Source: Rhynchobatus australiae
Lineage: Eukaryota
Assembly: GCA_034780895.1 (NCBI GenBank)
Contig: JAUZTB010000042.1
Location: forward strand, 8,227,497 to 8,291,496
Direction of reading: 5' to 3'
Length of the DNA: 64,000 nt
This document shows, piece by piece, positions 51,096 to 64,000 of the stretch (positions within the stretch are counted from its first letter, which is position 1; every line of letters starts with the position of its first letter). The notes under the pieces are model-generated. The model was not told the DNA's origin. It made no database searches and worked only from the letters and a program-made list of their open reading frames with translations. Position numbers and translations under genes: made by a program.

Positions 51096-54000
51096 TATTT
51101 GGATAAAATGTTCTTTTTAAACTTTTTCCTGCCAAAATGGACAATTTCACATTTTTCCACATTATATGCATTTTCCCACTTTATTCACTTTATTTGCTAG
51201 TTCATTGCCTGTCACTTACTGAGGCTACAGAGAAATTTAGATACATTATGTTCTCTTCATTGCTTGCTTTCCCACCTATCTTTGTGTCATCAACAACTTC
51301 AGCAACCATACCTCCAGCCCTCTCATCCAAGTCATTTATTGAGTAAAATATTGAGGCTCCAGCACTGATCCCTGGTTCCCCTTTATCCACAGGACATGTT
51401 GTTTCTTCAAAGATCTCTGATAACTTGGTCAAAAGTGAAGTTCCATTCACTAAACTATGTTGACTTTGCTCAATATGATGAGTCTTTCTAAGTCCCTTAC
51501 TCTAATGTGTTTAATAGCTTTTAATATTTTCCGAATAATAAATGTTGTCAACTGGCCTATAGATTCCTGCTTCCTATTTCCCTCCCTTTCTTGTTGAACT
51601 GTGGGATTTGCCATGGACGAAGCCTTGGTTTGATTCAAGCATAGCTATCAGAGTAGCAAATACCTCAGAGTCACAGAATAATATGGTACGGAAAGAGGCC
51701 CTTCAGCCCAACTGGTCCATGCTGACCAAGTTGCCCAGCTAAGCTAGTCCCAAGGCCTGTATTTGGCCCATATCCCTTGAAACCTTTCCCATCCAGTGCT
51801 TCAGTGCAAGAGCAGGAAGGAGAAAGCTCTCCATGATTTTTTTTTGCATTATTTGGTCTCTTATACAACAATAAGATTTTTTTTGCATTATTTGGTCTCT
51901 TCTCAATAACAACAACTTTCATTTACGTAATCCTGGAAAACATCCCACAGAAACTTGTTGGAGAGTTATCAAGTAACAATTACCATTGACCCAAAGAAGG
52001 ATGTTTTTGGCTGGAAGACAAAAAGGTTGTCATAGAAGTAGGAGCATCTTAAATGAAGGAGAAATGGGTAATGAGGCAGAAAGGAAATTTCAGAGTAAGG
52101 ACCTGGATGGCTGACAGCACTGTTGCCAACATTAGACTCACTCTCGCAGTCTCTTGTTGCTGGGTTGGCAATCTAGGTGCTAAATGCACTCCAATTTGGG
52201 ATAATTTTCAGATGCATTTTTTCTATCTCTACAAATTTCTCCTTAAACTTCTTGGAAAAAGAAAAGAAGATAAACACTACATAATTCTTGGGGAAACAGA
52301 GGTTCCAGTAAGAAANNNNNNNNNNNNNNNNNNNNNNATTTAATTAGCACAACTGAAAATAGATTAATCACAAAAGCAGTATCTAATCCACCATCTGTGA
52401 GTAACCCAATTTGAAATAACTTTAAATAACAATGCAGAGTCAATTGCCTGTCACATTGGCATATAATTTCCCAGTGAAAGCAAATACATCTAAAAGCTTT
52501 TCAAAGGTGCCAATAAGTTTCTTTGGAGCTTCATTTGAAGTATGTTCTCCAACCCCTGCAAAAGGACAGATTTAAGGGCACACAGATGAATGGTCTCAAC
52601 CCAAAACGTCGACTGTCCATTTCTCTCCATAGATGCAGCTCAACTCACTTGAGTTCCCCCAACAGATTGATTTTTGCTCCGGATTAGGTGGGAACTCACC
52701 GTGCTGATGATTTGGATATGGAGATATTCTGGTTCCCTGGGCCGGGCTTGCTCCAGCGAGATGATTTATTTTCAAGTCACTGCAAAATCTTTATGAAACC
52801 CAATTTGTTTAAAATTCTTCAGTCCTTTGCATTGGTTTAGCTGTTTTTAGGCATACAGGAAATGAAAGAATGAGATCCACCTACTAAGAGCATTTCATGA
52901 TCTCAGGAAGTCCCTCAACACTTTCCAGTCTATGACATGTAATGGAGGACCGCTGTAATAGAGGAAATGCGTCAACCAATTTGCACATTGTCACTCCCAA
53001 GAGCAACAATGTCATTGGGACCAGATAACCAGTTACAGTGATGTTGTAAAAGAGATAAATATTGGCCACGACATTGACTTTTTGCCCTATTTTTTTCTTC
53101 CACCTTTAACGTTGACGTGGAAGAACCAATGGGACAGTTAAATGTTTCATCTACCAGGTCAGCTGTCCTTCAGGATTGCATGTATCAGCCTGTAGACCCC
53201 AGGAGGAAGCTCAAGACTTTGTCATTGATCTGTACTAAATTGTATTATTAATCCCAGATCTAAAAGTTGGCCAAAGCAAGTATCTACACACCACTATCCC
53301 AGTACACAGATTCCTTTATGTCATTCTCGACCCAAAACATCAACTGTCCATTTCCCTCCATAGATGCTGCCTGACCTTCTGAGTTCAGCCTGCGTTTTGT
53401 GTGTTGNNNNNNNNNNNNNNNNNNNNNNNNNNNNNNNNNNNNNNNNNNNNNNNNNNNNNNNNNNNNNNNNNNNNNNNNNNNNNNNNNNNNNNNNNNNNNN
53501 NNNNNNATCAACTGTCCATTTCCATCCATAGATGCTGCCTGACCTTCTGAGTTCAGCCTGCGTTTTGTGTGTTGCTCCAGATTCCAGTATCTGCAGTCTC
53601 TCGTCTGTCTTTTATTGATGTCATATGTGCTTCTCTGAACTTCACAGAGAACTTGGTAAGTTCCTGCAGTGCAATGAAGCAGTTAGCTGCCTACCCAATT
53701 TCAGAGTGACTCCAATCTAATGAGGGACTGGGCCCAGTCTGTATATTAGGTTCACTTGACTGAATATTAGGTTCACAGCTGTAATGTTGCATGAATTAGC
53801 CCGACATGGATTTTCAATGCAGGTTGGTGTGGGTGGGTAGGTGGTTTGTGGCACTATCATGTTGAGTCATGGTATTGAGTTATGGAATGGTATATATTAG
53901 TTGGGCAGATAATCTGAGTGTTGACATGGTAAGAGGCCAGTGGGAACAGGTCCTCACATTAACCACTGTGGGGTCAGGAAGCTGAGCCTGGAACTCCCCT

Positions 54001-56224
54001 GAGCTCCCTGAAGAGTTCCACTACTTTCTATTCTGCCTTTGCTTCCTTTCCTGAGCAAATACACTTGAAGGAATTGTTGCTCAGACCAGAGTAAAATAAC
54101 ATCAACCCTGCCCCCACAACCCCCATCCCCCACCCCCAGGGTTCAGGGGGAGAAAGGAAAGGAAAACTTTGCTGTTGTTTTTGTAATTTCTAAAAGAATC
54201 TTGAGAAAATAGTACCAGTTCTCTTTTGTGTCGTGGTGATTTAGAATATTCTGCCGGTCATTACAATGAAGAAACATCATGTTCTCTCCTTTTTTAACCA
54301 GGAGGAGGAGCTAATTGTCATAATGAGGATTAGTTAATGGGACTGTATTCGCAGGAGCAGACACCCTCAAATGGGGGCATTTAATGGGGTGTTTAAAACT
54401 TTGGCAGAGTTTGAGGCGTGAGTAACAAGTAATTATTTTGAATCATTTGGTAAGAAGAAGGTAGAACTTCCTGGGTCGGTAGCAGAATGGACTTGTATCT
54501 CTTCGGCAGTTGTTGTCTCCTTGGATTTTCCTCAAGCTCATGAATTTTCATTGATGTGCAGCCAGTGCCAATATGTTGTCAGTCTGAGACAGCAACATTC
54601 CACAGAAAGGGTACGAGACAAACAATCAGCAAGTCGGCTTTGCAAGTGGAATGGTGGGATTAATGCTGGCCAGATGGGGTTGTGTGGGGAGGAATGAAGT
54701 TGGAATGACATTGACACACAAAAGGTCATTAGAATGTGGCTGAAGAAGCCAAGTCCATGACATTTCGGAGGGTAAGATAGTAAAGAGCATGGGAAAGGAA
54801 TTGTAAATAGGTTACAGTCATTTTTTGTGTTCCTGTGAATGATGATTTACTTGTTGACTTACCTGACGGCTGAGCTAACTTAGCCAAGCTTGTCAGAAAA
54901 GGAAGGCCTGACTCTGTGAGGCATGAACTGATGGTGGTTGCATGTTTGTGAGCTGAGAGTCATGGTGCCCGGTCCATTAAACATTTGCTGTGTTCCCACA
55001 TGCAGTAGCTGTGCACTAAGGATGTTACCAGCACTGGTCTCCATGTTCTGATACTTGTCCGCTAAGGCAACCTCTGGCCTTGTCTTTGACGTAGAAGAAT
55101 ATTCCCAGCTATTCCACAGAGTTGTATGGAAACCAAAATGGATCATGTGCTAGACATATGAAGGGGAGTGGATGTAGGGTTGAACAAGGGTCTGAAAGGA
55201 GATGAACTCAAGAGGTTAGAGAACGGGATTCTGATCGGGAGAGCAGGGTAAAGGACAGCTGTCAATAGTCAGCAGCTGACATGCAAATCAATTGAAAAAT
55301 TCAGAAATGGGGCTGACAGATTTTTCTAAGGTTTGGGTATTCAGAGATTTGGAACCAAGCTGGGTGGATGGAACTGCTGCAGTTTACCCACGAGTTAGAC
55401 CTAAATCTAGACCTAGATCTAAATCCAACCTGCTAGGGGAGTGAAATGTCAAGGTGTTTCTTTTAGATGAGCTATTATCTCAATGCATTGTTTGTTTTCT
55501 CAGGTGGTTGTAAAAAAGATTCCATGATGTTATTTAAAGAAGAGTAGTGAACTGCTTTTGGTGTCCTGACCAGTATTTACCACTTCATCAGTATCACAAA
55601 AACAGGTCACTGAGCTGCCTATTGAAAGCTTGCTGTGTATAAATTGGCTGGTGCATTTCTAGACTGGACTATGATAGTATCTAACAAAGGGTATCTGACC
55701 TGCAATCTGTTTCTCTTCCCACAGATGAGGTCTCACTTGTTGAGTGTCTCCAGCATTTTCAGTTTTCATTTTCGATTTCCAGCATCTGCAGTTTTTTCTT
55801 GATGTTCACTTACAATCGTGCCCCATTTGCTGTGACAAGCTTTGGGACACCCAATGATGAAAAAGATTTAGTATGAATGCATCTCTTCTTTCTTTGACAA
55901 TCATGGCTGACTTCTGATCATGTGCAAGATGGTAGAACGAGTATTAATTTGGAAATGGGAGTTGTAGGGTGAGCAGAGGTTACAGAGAAAGGGCAAGGCA
56001 GAGAGATTTTTGAATTGAAACATGGGAGTCTTAAAACTGAATGTGTGAAAGGCCACATAGGTCAGTAAGTATGAGGTGATTCACAAGCAGAAGTGAATGT
56101 AGTTTAGGATTAGCCAGAAGAGTCATGTATGAAATTAGGGAGGGTGGGGAAACAGGAACACAACCTGATCAAGTCTAAAGGTAACCAAGGCTTGGATGAG
56201 CATAACTGGGAGATTACTGATAGT

Positions 56225-56670
56225 CCCACTGAAACATGTGATGGGGTTTGACAGGATAGATGCTGAGAAGATGCTTCGCTTCTTGGAAGAACCTAGAACT
56301 AAGGAGCATGGTTTCAAAATAAAGAACTATCTGTTTAAGATGGAGAATTTGCTTCTCTCAGAGGTCATAAATCTTTGGAGTTCTATTCCACCGTGAGTTC
56401 TGGTGGCTGAATCATTGNNNNNNNNNNNNNNNNNNNNNNNNNNNNNNNNNNNNNNNNNNNNNNNNNNNNNNNNNNNNNNNNNNNNNNNNNNNNNNNNNNN
56501 NNNNNNNNNNNNNNNNNCACCGTGAGTTCTGGTGGCTGAATCATTGAATATATACACGGCTGAGATAGCTCATTGGTTGATAGGGGAGTCCAGGGTTTTG
56601 GGGAATAGGCAGGAAAGTTCAATTGTGACCAAGATCAGATGTGATCCCTTTGAATATTGGGCCAGTCACC
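56225..56670 (+). mobile_element. CR1-type LINE 3' end, degenerate
   Basis: MGFDRIDAEKMLRFLEEPRTKEHGFKIK...EVINLWSSIP. Confidence 0.7.
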
Positions 56671-58689
56671 AGGATGATTCCTTCTTCTCTTTCTTCATTT
56701 CTTCTGGACTTTGCCCAGTGAGTGACTCTGAGGCCTTTTGGGAGATGGCTCCAACTGGCTCATGTGCAGGCTCCAAGTTTGAGCCTATGCAAGCTCAAGT
56801 CACCTAACTTTCTCATCTTGCTTTGTGACATTGGCAAAGTTGAATGTTGAATCTGAATCTGCACCAGTCCACACCAACATATCATCCCATGCACTCGATT
56901 TTAAAAATCTCTTGCATAAAGAGGCCTTCCTAAAGTCCAAATAACCTAAATCAATGTCCTTCCCTAATCTACTGCAGCCTCAAAATAAAATTCTTCACTT
57001 CCTTCAAATCCCTAGGATACAAGTCATCAGAGTCTGGGAATTTATTGTTTTTCAGTCCCATCAATTTCTCCAGTGCTAATTTTTTATCAATATGATTTCT
57101 TGAAACTCCTTATTCACTCTANNNNNNNNNNNNNNNNNNNNNNNNNNNNNNNNNNNNNNNNNNNNNNNNNNNNNNNNNNNNNNNNNNNNNNNNNNNNNNN
57201 NNNNNNNNNNNNNNNNNNNNNNNNNNNNNNNNNNNNNNNNNNNNNNNNNNNNNNNNNNNNNNNNNNNNNNNNNNNNNNNNNNNNNNNNNNNNNNNNNNAT
57301 GGAATCTTTTGCAATCTGTTTTTAAATGTCTTGCTTTCTTAATCTTATATCTAAATTGCCCTTTCCTTATTAATTCCCGGGTCTTGCTTCACTGAGTTCT
57401 GAAGTGTGTTCAATCCTCAGGCTTATTGCTATTTTTTTGGCAACATTATAGAGTCTTTCCTTTGATCTAATACTATCCTTAACTTCTCTTGATAGCTGAG
57501 GTTGAATCTCTTTTTCTGTTGTTTTTTTGCATTAACATGATACATATCACGTGTAAACCATGTGTTCATTCTTTATGCTGTTGTCTGTTTACTGTCATGC
57601 CTTCTAATGTTCTTCCTGAATCTCCCATAGCTATCTTGGGTCTTGTACCTCCAAAGTTTGTTTTATTTCAATTTAAGACCCTAGTTTCAGATTAAACTAA
57701 ATAACTTTCAATATTAATATAAAATTCCATCTGATTATGGTTGCTGTTCTTGAAAGGACTCACAACTACAATCTTCATTTGAGCCTTTCTCAATTCACAA
57801 GACTGGGTCTAAAATCACCTGTTCCCTCATTGGCTTCTCAACATAATTGAGCTGGAAAACCAACCCATGAAATTATCCTCCACATTATTACTGTTGTTTG
57901 CTTTGCTCAATCTGTATGTAGATCAAAGTCCCTCATAATTTTCCAATAATGAGAAATGCCTGTGATCTTGTATTAACAGGATTTCTTCCCTTTGTTTTCC
58001 TTCCTTGCAAGATGATCATCCTGGTTCCCAAATAATACATTCAAGAATCCCAGAGAGAAAAACAACATCAGCATACTCATACTACAGGCTTAAAGTAAAT
58101 GAGACTTCACTTGCATCTATGGGACGAGTTATTCTCTGCAAGATATCCAATCCCCACATGAAAGCTCCACTGCGACATTGGTTTAATTTTAAAAAAAGCT
58201 CAAACATGAAATATTTGAAGGAACCAAAGTGATTTTGAAGAAACCAACATTGCCCCTCTGAGTGTGGCATGAGACAGACTTGCCCACCGGATAAAATAAA
58301 AACAGAAAATATTGGAAATACTCAGCAGCTCAGGAAGCACAGTGGAGAGACCAACAGAGACCATCAGGTCAATGAGCTTTAATCAGAGTGGCTGTTTGAT
58401 TTTTTGACTGCCGTCCTCTGATGGTTCTTTCGTCAGGTTTTAGCAAGTATTGTGCAGTGAGCATTTGAAAGTGTATCATTGTGCACAATTTGGAGGCCAG
58501 TTGGAGGCTCACAGACTTCCTCGACACTTTCTATAATTGTACATATTTGTGTCCTGAGGTGACGGATTTTCAAAAGGCATAGGCACAGTTTTTCAAAGGA
58601 TAGGTTGGTTGTCCATCCATTCATGGCCAATATATTGGAATCTAGCCTCTTGTGAGCTGTTCCAGATGGATGGCACAGTTTAGTAGTTG

Positions 58690-58966
58690 AAAAACACAAT
58701 GATGCTGGAGGAACTCAGCAGGCCAGGCAGGCAGCATCTGGGGAGAAAAGCAGGCAGTCAACGTTTCAGGTCAGGACCCTTCTTCAGGCCTGAAGATAAG
58801 AAAGGGGGAAACCCAATATATAGGAGGGAAAAGCAGAGCAGTGAAAGATGTGCAAAAATTGGGAAGCGGGGTAGGTGCAAGGTGGTGATAAGGTAGATGC
58901 AGGTAAGAGATAGTGATAGGCAGGTGCGGGGGAGGAGGGGAGAGCAGATCCACCGGGGGATGGGTC
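58690..58966 (-). mobile_element. Penelope-like terminal-repeat-derived element, young copy running into a gap
   Basis: The reverse complement matches 36810-37000 closely and contains the best hammerhead motif in the window. Confidence 0.65.
58755..58792 (-). ncRNA. Minimal type-I hammerhead ribozyme motif (Penelope-associated)
   Basis: Minus strand CAGGC-CUGAAGA-A-GGGUC-CU-GACCU-GAAA-CG-UU-GACUG: core CUGANGA, stem II, GAAA, palindromic AACGUU stem III, NUH = GUU, and stem I with one mismatch. Confidence 0.6.
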
Positions 58967-61120
58967 ANNNNNNNNNNNNNNNNNNNNNNNNNNNNNNNNN
59001 NNNNNNNNNNNNNNNNNNNNNNNNNNNNNNNNNNNNNNNNNNNNNNNNNNNNNNNNNNNNNNNNNNNNNNNNNNNNNNNNNNNNNNNNNNNNNNNNNNNN
59101 NNNNNNNNNNNNNNNNNNNNNNNNNNNNNNNNNNNNNNNNNNNNNNNNNNNNNNNNNNNNNNNNNNNNNNNNNNNNNNNNNNNNNNNNNNNNNNNNNNNN
59201 NNNNNNNNNNNNNNNNNNNNNNNNNNNNNNNNNNNNNNNNNNNNNNNNNNNNNNNNNNNNNNNNNNNNNNNNNNNNNNNNNNNNNNNNNNNNNNNNNNNN
59301 NNNNNNNNNNNNNNNNNNNNNNNNNNNNNNNNNNNNNNNNNNNNNNNNNNNNNNNNNNNNNNNNNNNNNNNNNNNNNNNNNNNNNNNNNNNNNNNNNNNN
59401 NNNNNNNNNNNNNNNNNNNNNNNNNNNNNNNNNNNNNNNNNNNNNNNNNNNNNNNNNNNNNNNNNNNNNNNNNNNNNNNNNNNNNNNNNNNNNNNNNNNN
59501 NNNNNNNNNNNNNNNNNNNNNNNNNNNNNNNNNNNNNNNNNNNNNNNNNNNNNNNNNNNNNNNNNNNNNNNNNNNNNNNNNNNNNNNNNNNNNNNNNNNN
59601 NNNNNNNNNNNNNNNNNNNNNNNNNNNNNNNNNNNNNNTTATAAGTGACCACAATGGACATGCACAGTTGATATCGATAGTTGTTTCTGCAAGTTGTATG
59701 GATTCCACATTGTGGTTTGGCAAATATTTGCACTCTAAAACAAAGTAGATGCATTGTTTTTGTAATGGTATGCTTCTTTTTGTATATATTATCAGAGTGC
59801 CGCTCTATCAGCTATTTCGTTGCAGGTACAGTGGGAATTATGGCAGAATTTACAACAACCAGTTTATTTTGCCTAACAGCAAACAGTCTGCAAGTCTTTT
59901 TAAAACGAGTTTCCATGAAATAGAGAAAACTGACAAATGACTTGAAAGTTAGTAATAGATCTTGATAACAGCAAAGTGATTTCCCTGGCAGTGAGTGGAG
60001 ATATTTGCATATAATAAATCTAATCCTAGTCACTTACACTAATATCAGTGCATGATTGACAGGAGCGGTTGTGCAATCAATCTTATTCTGGTGGTATTTG
60101 GTGATTTTACTGTATACAGTCTCACATAATTACTGAATAATGTATTTTTTAGCAGATGGTTCAAAGCTTCCATATAAAGGAATGAATCAAGCTACCTATT
60201 CTGTTCCAGGCTTCCTAATTCGTTAAGATACTGATTTGGGTTGATTGCTGTATCTGGGACACAAGGAACAATGATTGTTTCAATCCCCTTTGATGGACAG
60301 TGCTGTTGAAACCTTTGATTGTTTGACTACATAGAATGATTATGGAAGTCATTTGGAAGCATTGGAATTTTTTCTGTTGTGGGAATTTGTCATAGGCTAT
60401 ATTTCAGACATTTATATTGGAAGGAAAAGCATCTGATTTGTTTTGACAAACTGAGAAGAATAATAAATGCAGTAACTCCGATACATGTATCGGCACTCTC
60501 CATCAATTTACCTGTTTAATGTTAAATTAACTTGTTGGATTCGCTATTTAAGCTGAGATCTGATGAGAATGCACAGACAATGGACAGAGAGATCATGTGA
60601 CACCATATTTAGTGCTCCAAGAAGCTTTACAACCATGGTAGAAATTTGCCGTTCAGTCATTTATGCTATTGGGCAGATAAAGACAGTTTGATTTGCATTA
60701 GGCCAAAGATCCTTCTCAAGGAAGGGCGATTGATGTTAATCTTAACAATAAACTTAAATACAAAACCTAAAAAATGCAACAGGCAGTCTCATCACAGCAG
60801 TACTCCATGCAACTGACAAGGGTCAAATAGATTTATTTCCCTGTGGTATAAGCTACTTAAACTAATTATTGAACACAGATTAGATTTGGTCAGTGGAACA
60901 GTGCATTGGATAAAATAACATTATGCTTGATTGCTAAATAGTAAAAAATAAACTTCCCACTGTAGTGTGCCAAGGTACCTTCTGACTACACGCTTTTCTA
61001 TTTTATGGAAAAACAATTTATTATATTTGAATTTTTCAACTTTGAAGTTTCCACACCAATTGCAAATAAAACATCAAAGTGTAAAAACACAACATTCCAA
61101 TTCATTATAGCTCAATATTT

Positions 61121-62893
61121 AGAAACATAGAAAAACCTACAGCACAATTTAGGCCCTTCAGCCCACAAAGCTGAACAGGTCCCTACCCTAATTACTAGGC
61201 TTATCCATAACCCTCTATTTTTCTCAGATCCATGTACCTATCCAACAATCTCTTAAAACACCCTATCGTATCCGCCTCCACCACTGTTGCCGGCAGCCCA
61301 TTCCACACACTCACCACCCTCTGAGTAAAAAACTCACCCCTGACATCTCCTCTATACCTACTCCCCAGCACCTTAAACCTATGTCCTCGTGGCCACCATT
61401 TCAGTCCTGGGGAAAAACCTCTGGGTGACTATCCACCTGATCAATGCCTCTCATCATCTTACATACCTCTATCAGGTCCCCCCTCATCCTCTGTCACTCC
61501 AAGAAGAAAAGGCCTAGTTCCCTCAACCTGCTTTGATAAGGCATGCTCCGCATTCCAGGAAGCATCCTTGTAAATCTCCTCTGCACCCTTTCTATGGCTT
61601 CCACATCTTTCCTGTAGTGAGGCGACCAGAACTGAGCACAGTACTCCAAGTAGAGTCTGACCAGGGTCCTATATCACTGCAACAATACCTCTTGGCTCCA
61701 AAATTCAATTCCCCGATTGATGAAGGACAATACACCATATGCCTTCTTAACCACAGAGTCAACCTGTGCCGCTGCTTTGAGTGTCCTATGGACTCGGACC
61801 CCAAGATCCCTCTGATCTTCCACACTGCCAGAGTCGTATCATTAATACTATATTCTGCCATCACATTTCACCTACCAAAATGAACCACACTTATCTCCAC
61901 TTGACACTTGAACTCCATCTGCCACTCCTTGGCCCAGCTTTGAATCCTATCTATGTCCTGCTGTAACCTCTGACAGCCCTCCATACTATCCACAACACCT
62001 CCAATCTTTGTCATCTGCAGACTTACTAACCAATCCCCCCACTTCCTCATCCAGGTCGTTTATAAAAATCACAAAGAGTAAGGGTGCCAGAAAAGATCCC
62101 TGAGGCACATCACTGGTCACCGACCTCCATGCAGAATATGACCCTACGACAACCATTCTGTGTGCCAGCCAGTTCTGGATCCACATTGCAATGTCCCCTT
62201 GGATCCCATGCCTCCTTACTTTCTCCATAAACCTTGCATAGGGTACCTTATCAAATGCCTTGCTGAAATCCATAAACACGACATCTACTGCTCTTCTTTC
62301 ATCGATGTGCTTAGTCACATCCTCAAAAAATTCAATCAGACTCGTAAGGCAGGACCTGCCCATGACAAAGTCATGCTGACTATTCCTAATCATATTATAC
62401 CTCTCCAAATGTTCATAAATCCTGCCTCTCAGAATCTTCTCCATCAGCTTACCAACCATTGAGGTAAGACTCACTGGTCTATAATTCCCTGGGCTATCCC
62501 TACTCCTCTTCTTGAATAAGGAAACAATATGCACAACCTTCCAATCATCTAGAATCACTCCTGTCTCCATCGATGATGCAAAGATCAGAGGTGCTGCAAT
62601 CTCCTCCCTCACCTCCCACAGCAGCCTGAGGTGCATCTCATCCGGTCCTGGCAACTTATCCAACTTGATGCTTTCCAAAATTTCAGCACCTCCTCTTTCC
62701 TAATATCCACATGCTCAAGCTTTTCAGCCCACTGCAAGTCCCCACTACATTCCCCCAGATCTTTTTCTGTAATGAATACTTTTTCGGTATTCACTAAGTA
62801 CCTCCGCTATTTCTTCCGGATCCATACACACTTTCCCACTGCTGCACTTGATAGGCCCTATTCTTTCACATCTTATCCTCTTGCTCTTCACAT
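61121..62893 (-). mobile_element. CR1-type LINE (HER1-like), RT region and 3' end, degenerate
   Basis: ORF 61986-62678 has RT motifs [41 protein letters not shown]. Frameshifted continuations follow, with a typical 3' tail (reverse complement of tagaaacatagaaaaacctacagcac). Confidence 0.93.
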
Positions 62894-63199
62894 NNNNNNN
62901 NNNNNNNNNNNNNNNNNNNNNNNNNNNNNNNNNNNNNNNNNNNNNNNNNNNNNNNNNNNNNNNNNNNNNNNNNNNNNNNNNNNNNNNNNNNNNTGTGAGG
63001 TGTGGTTTGATGGGCGGCACAACATGGTGGGCCGAAGGGCCTGTATTGTGCTGTATTGTTCTATGGTTTCTATGGTAACAACCTTGGGACACTAGGAATA
63101 GTCGCCAAAGCAAATTGAGTCAGGATATTGCAAAGCAATAACCACTTGGAAATTGCAATTCAACAATGCCAGTTGTTTTTTTGTATCTATTTTGTTCTG

Positions 63200-64000
63200 G
63201 GGTGCGTGGGCGTGATGTTCTCAAGTCGGTGTTGTAAAGGCAACTGGAAACTTCCTCCACCGGGTCCAACTAAGGCGGGGTTTCCCAACCTCAGAAGACA
63301 CACGTCTGTTGTATTTCTTCCTTCGTGAGGTAGCTGGTGGGCAACGCCCACCCTGCCCTAAAACAATTCACTCGCTGGCACGAAAGCAAGTTACCTTTAA
63401 CCCCTAGAAGAAAAATATCCCCGTCGACCATCCTTGGTGTTGTCTGAATTGGCCTGTAAAATGTGGGTCGCCAATGCAGTCCATTTCACAAAGAATCTCG
63501 GTCTGGGCTCAGTCTAAACGCCAGAGGTGAAAGGCTCATGAACCCAAAGGCGATTACATTCCCAAGATTTGCTAAATCGTTCTAAACGTTATTTGAGGGG
63601 CGTGTTGTTTGCGTGTCCCGAAGTGCAGTCAACACCGCTGTCTTCCAATATTTTGCAGTCAGGTGATGTGAGAGGCCTGTAGAGTGCAGTGCCCCAAGGA
63701 GAGGCCAGTCGTGAACCTGGAGGTGTGGGGCATGGTCACCTTCACTGTCCCTTGCCTTCCGGGAAAGGAAGGGGAGGAGGAGGAGGAAAGAGTGGGGAGG
63801 GGAAGAGAGGAGGAATGAGCAGGGGGAAGAGAGGAGGAAAGGGGGAGAGAGGATAGGGGGAGGGGGAAGAAGGGGAGGGAAGGGGAGCAGTCCACCACTT
63901 CACCCAACCTCGAAGGCAAGCTGAGGATATCTGAGCCCACCCGAGAAGAAGGATGGGGGTGAGGACAGGGGAAAACAAAGAAATCTGCCCAGTGTAGCGG
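63200..64000. promoter_or_regulatory. GC/CpG-enriched promoter-like region with polypurine tract, truncated at window end
   Basis: CpG frequency rises in non-repetitive sequence. An almost pure G/A tract spans about 63761-63888. Confidence 0.4.

Overview
Vertebrate genomic DNA from a gapped draft assembly. The repeat families point to a cartilaginous fish (shark or ray); this is inference. The + strand carries the last two coding exons of PNPLA8 (iPLA2-gamma) or its paralogue, at 6286-6481 and 15421-15695, ending in a peroxisomal SKL signal, followed by a 3'UTR. Inside that last intron, on the opposite strand, two intact exons (13194-12999 and 11738-11623) splice in frame into 104 aa of a semaphorin Sema domain most like SEMA7A. 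I could not find any other semaphorin exon in the window. A CpG island with a probable non-coding first exon lies at about 34.7-36.4 kb; mammalian synteny suggests NRCAM, but the sequence alone does not show this. A second GC/purine-rich promoter-like stretch begins at the right edge. The rest is intronic or intergenic DNA dense in CR1-type and Rex/Babar-type LINE fragments, tRNA-derived V-SINEs, old Deu-type SINEs, a Tigger-like MITE, and Penelope-like terminal-repeat elements carrying minimal hammerhead ribozyme motifs. Repeat boundaries are approximate, and all family assignments come from motif recognition by eye rather than database searches.
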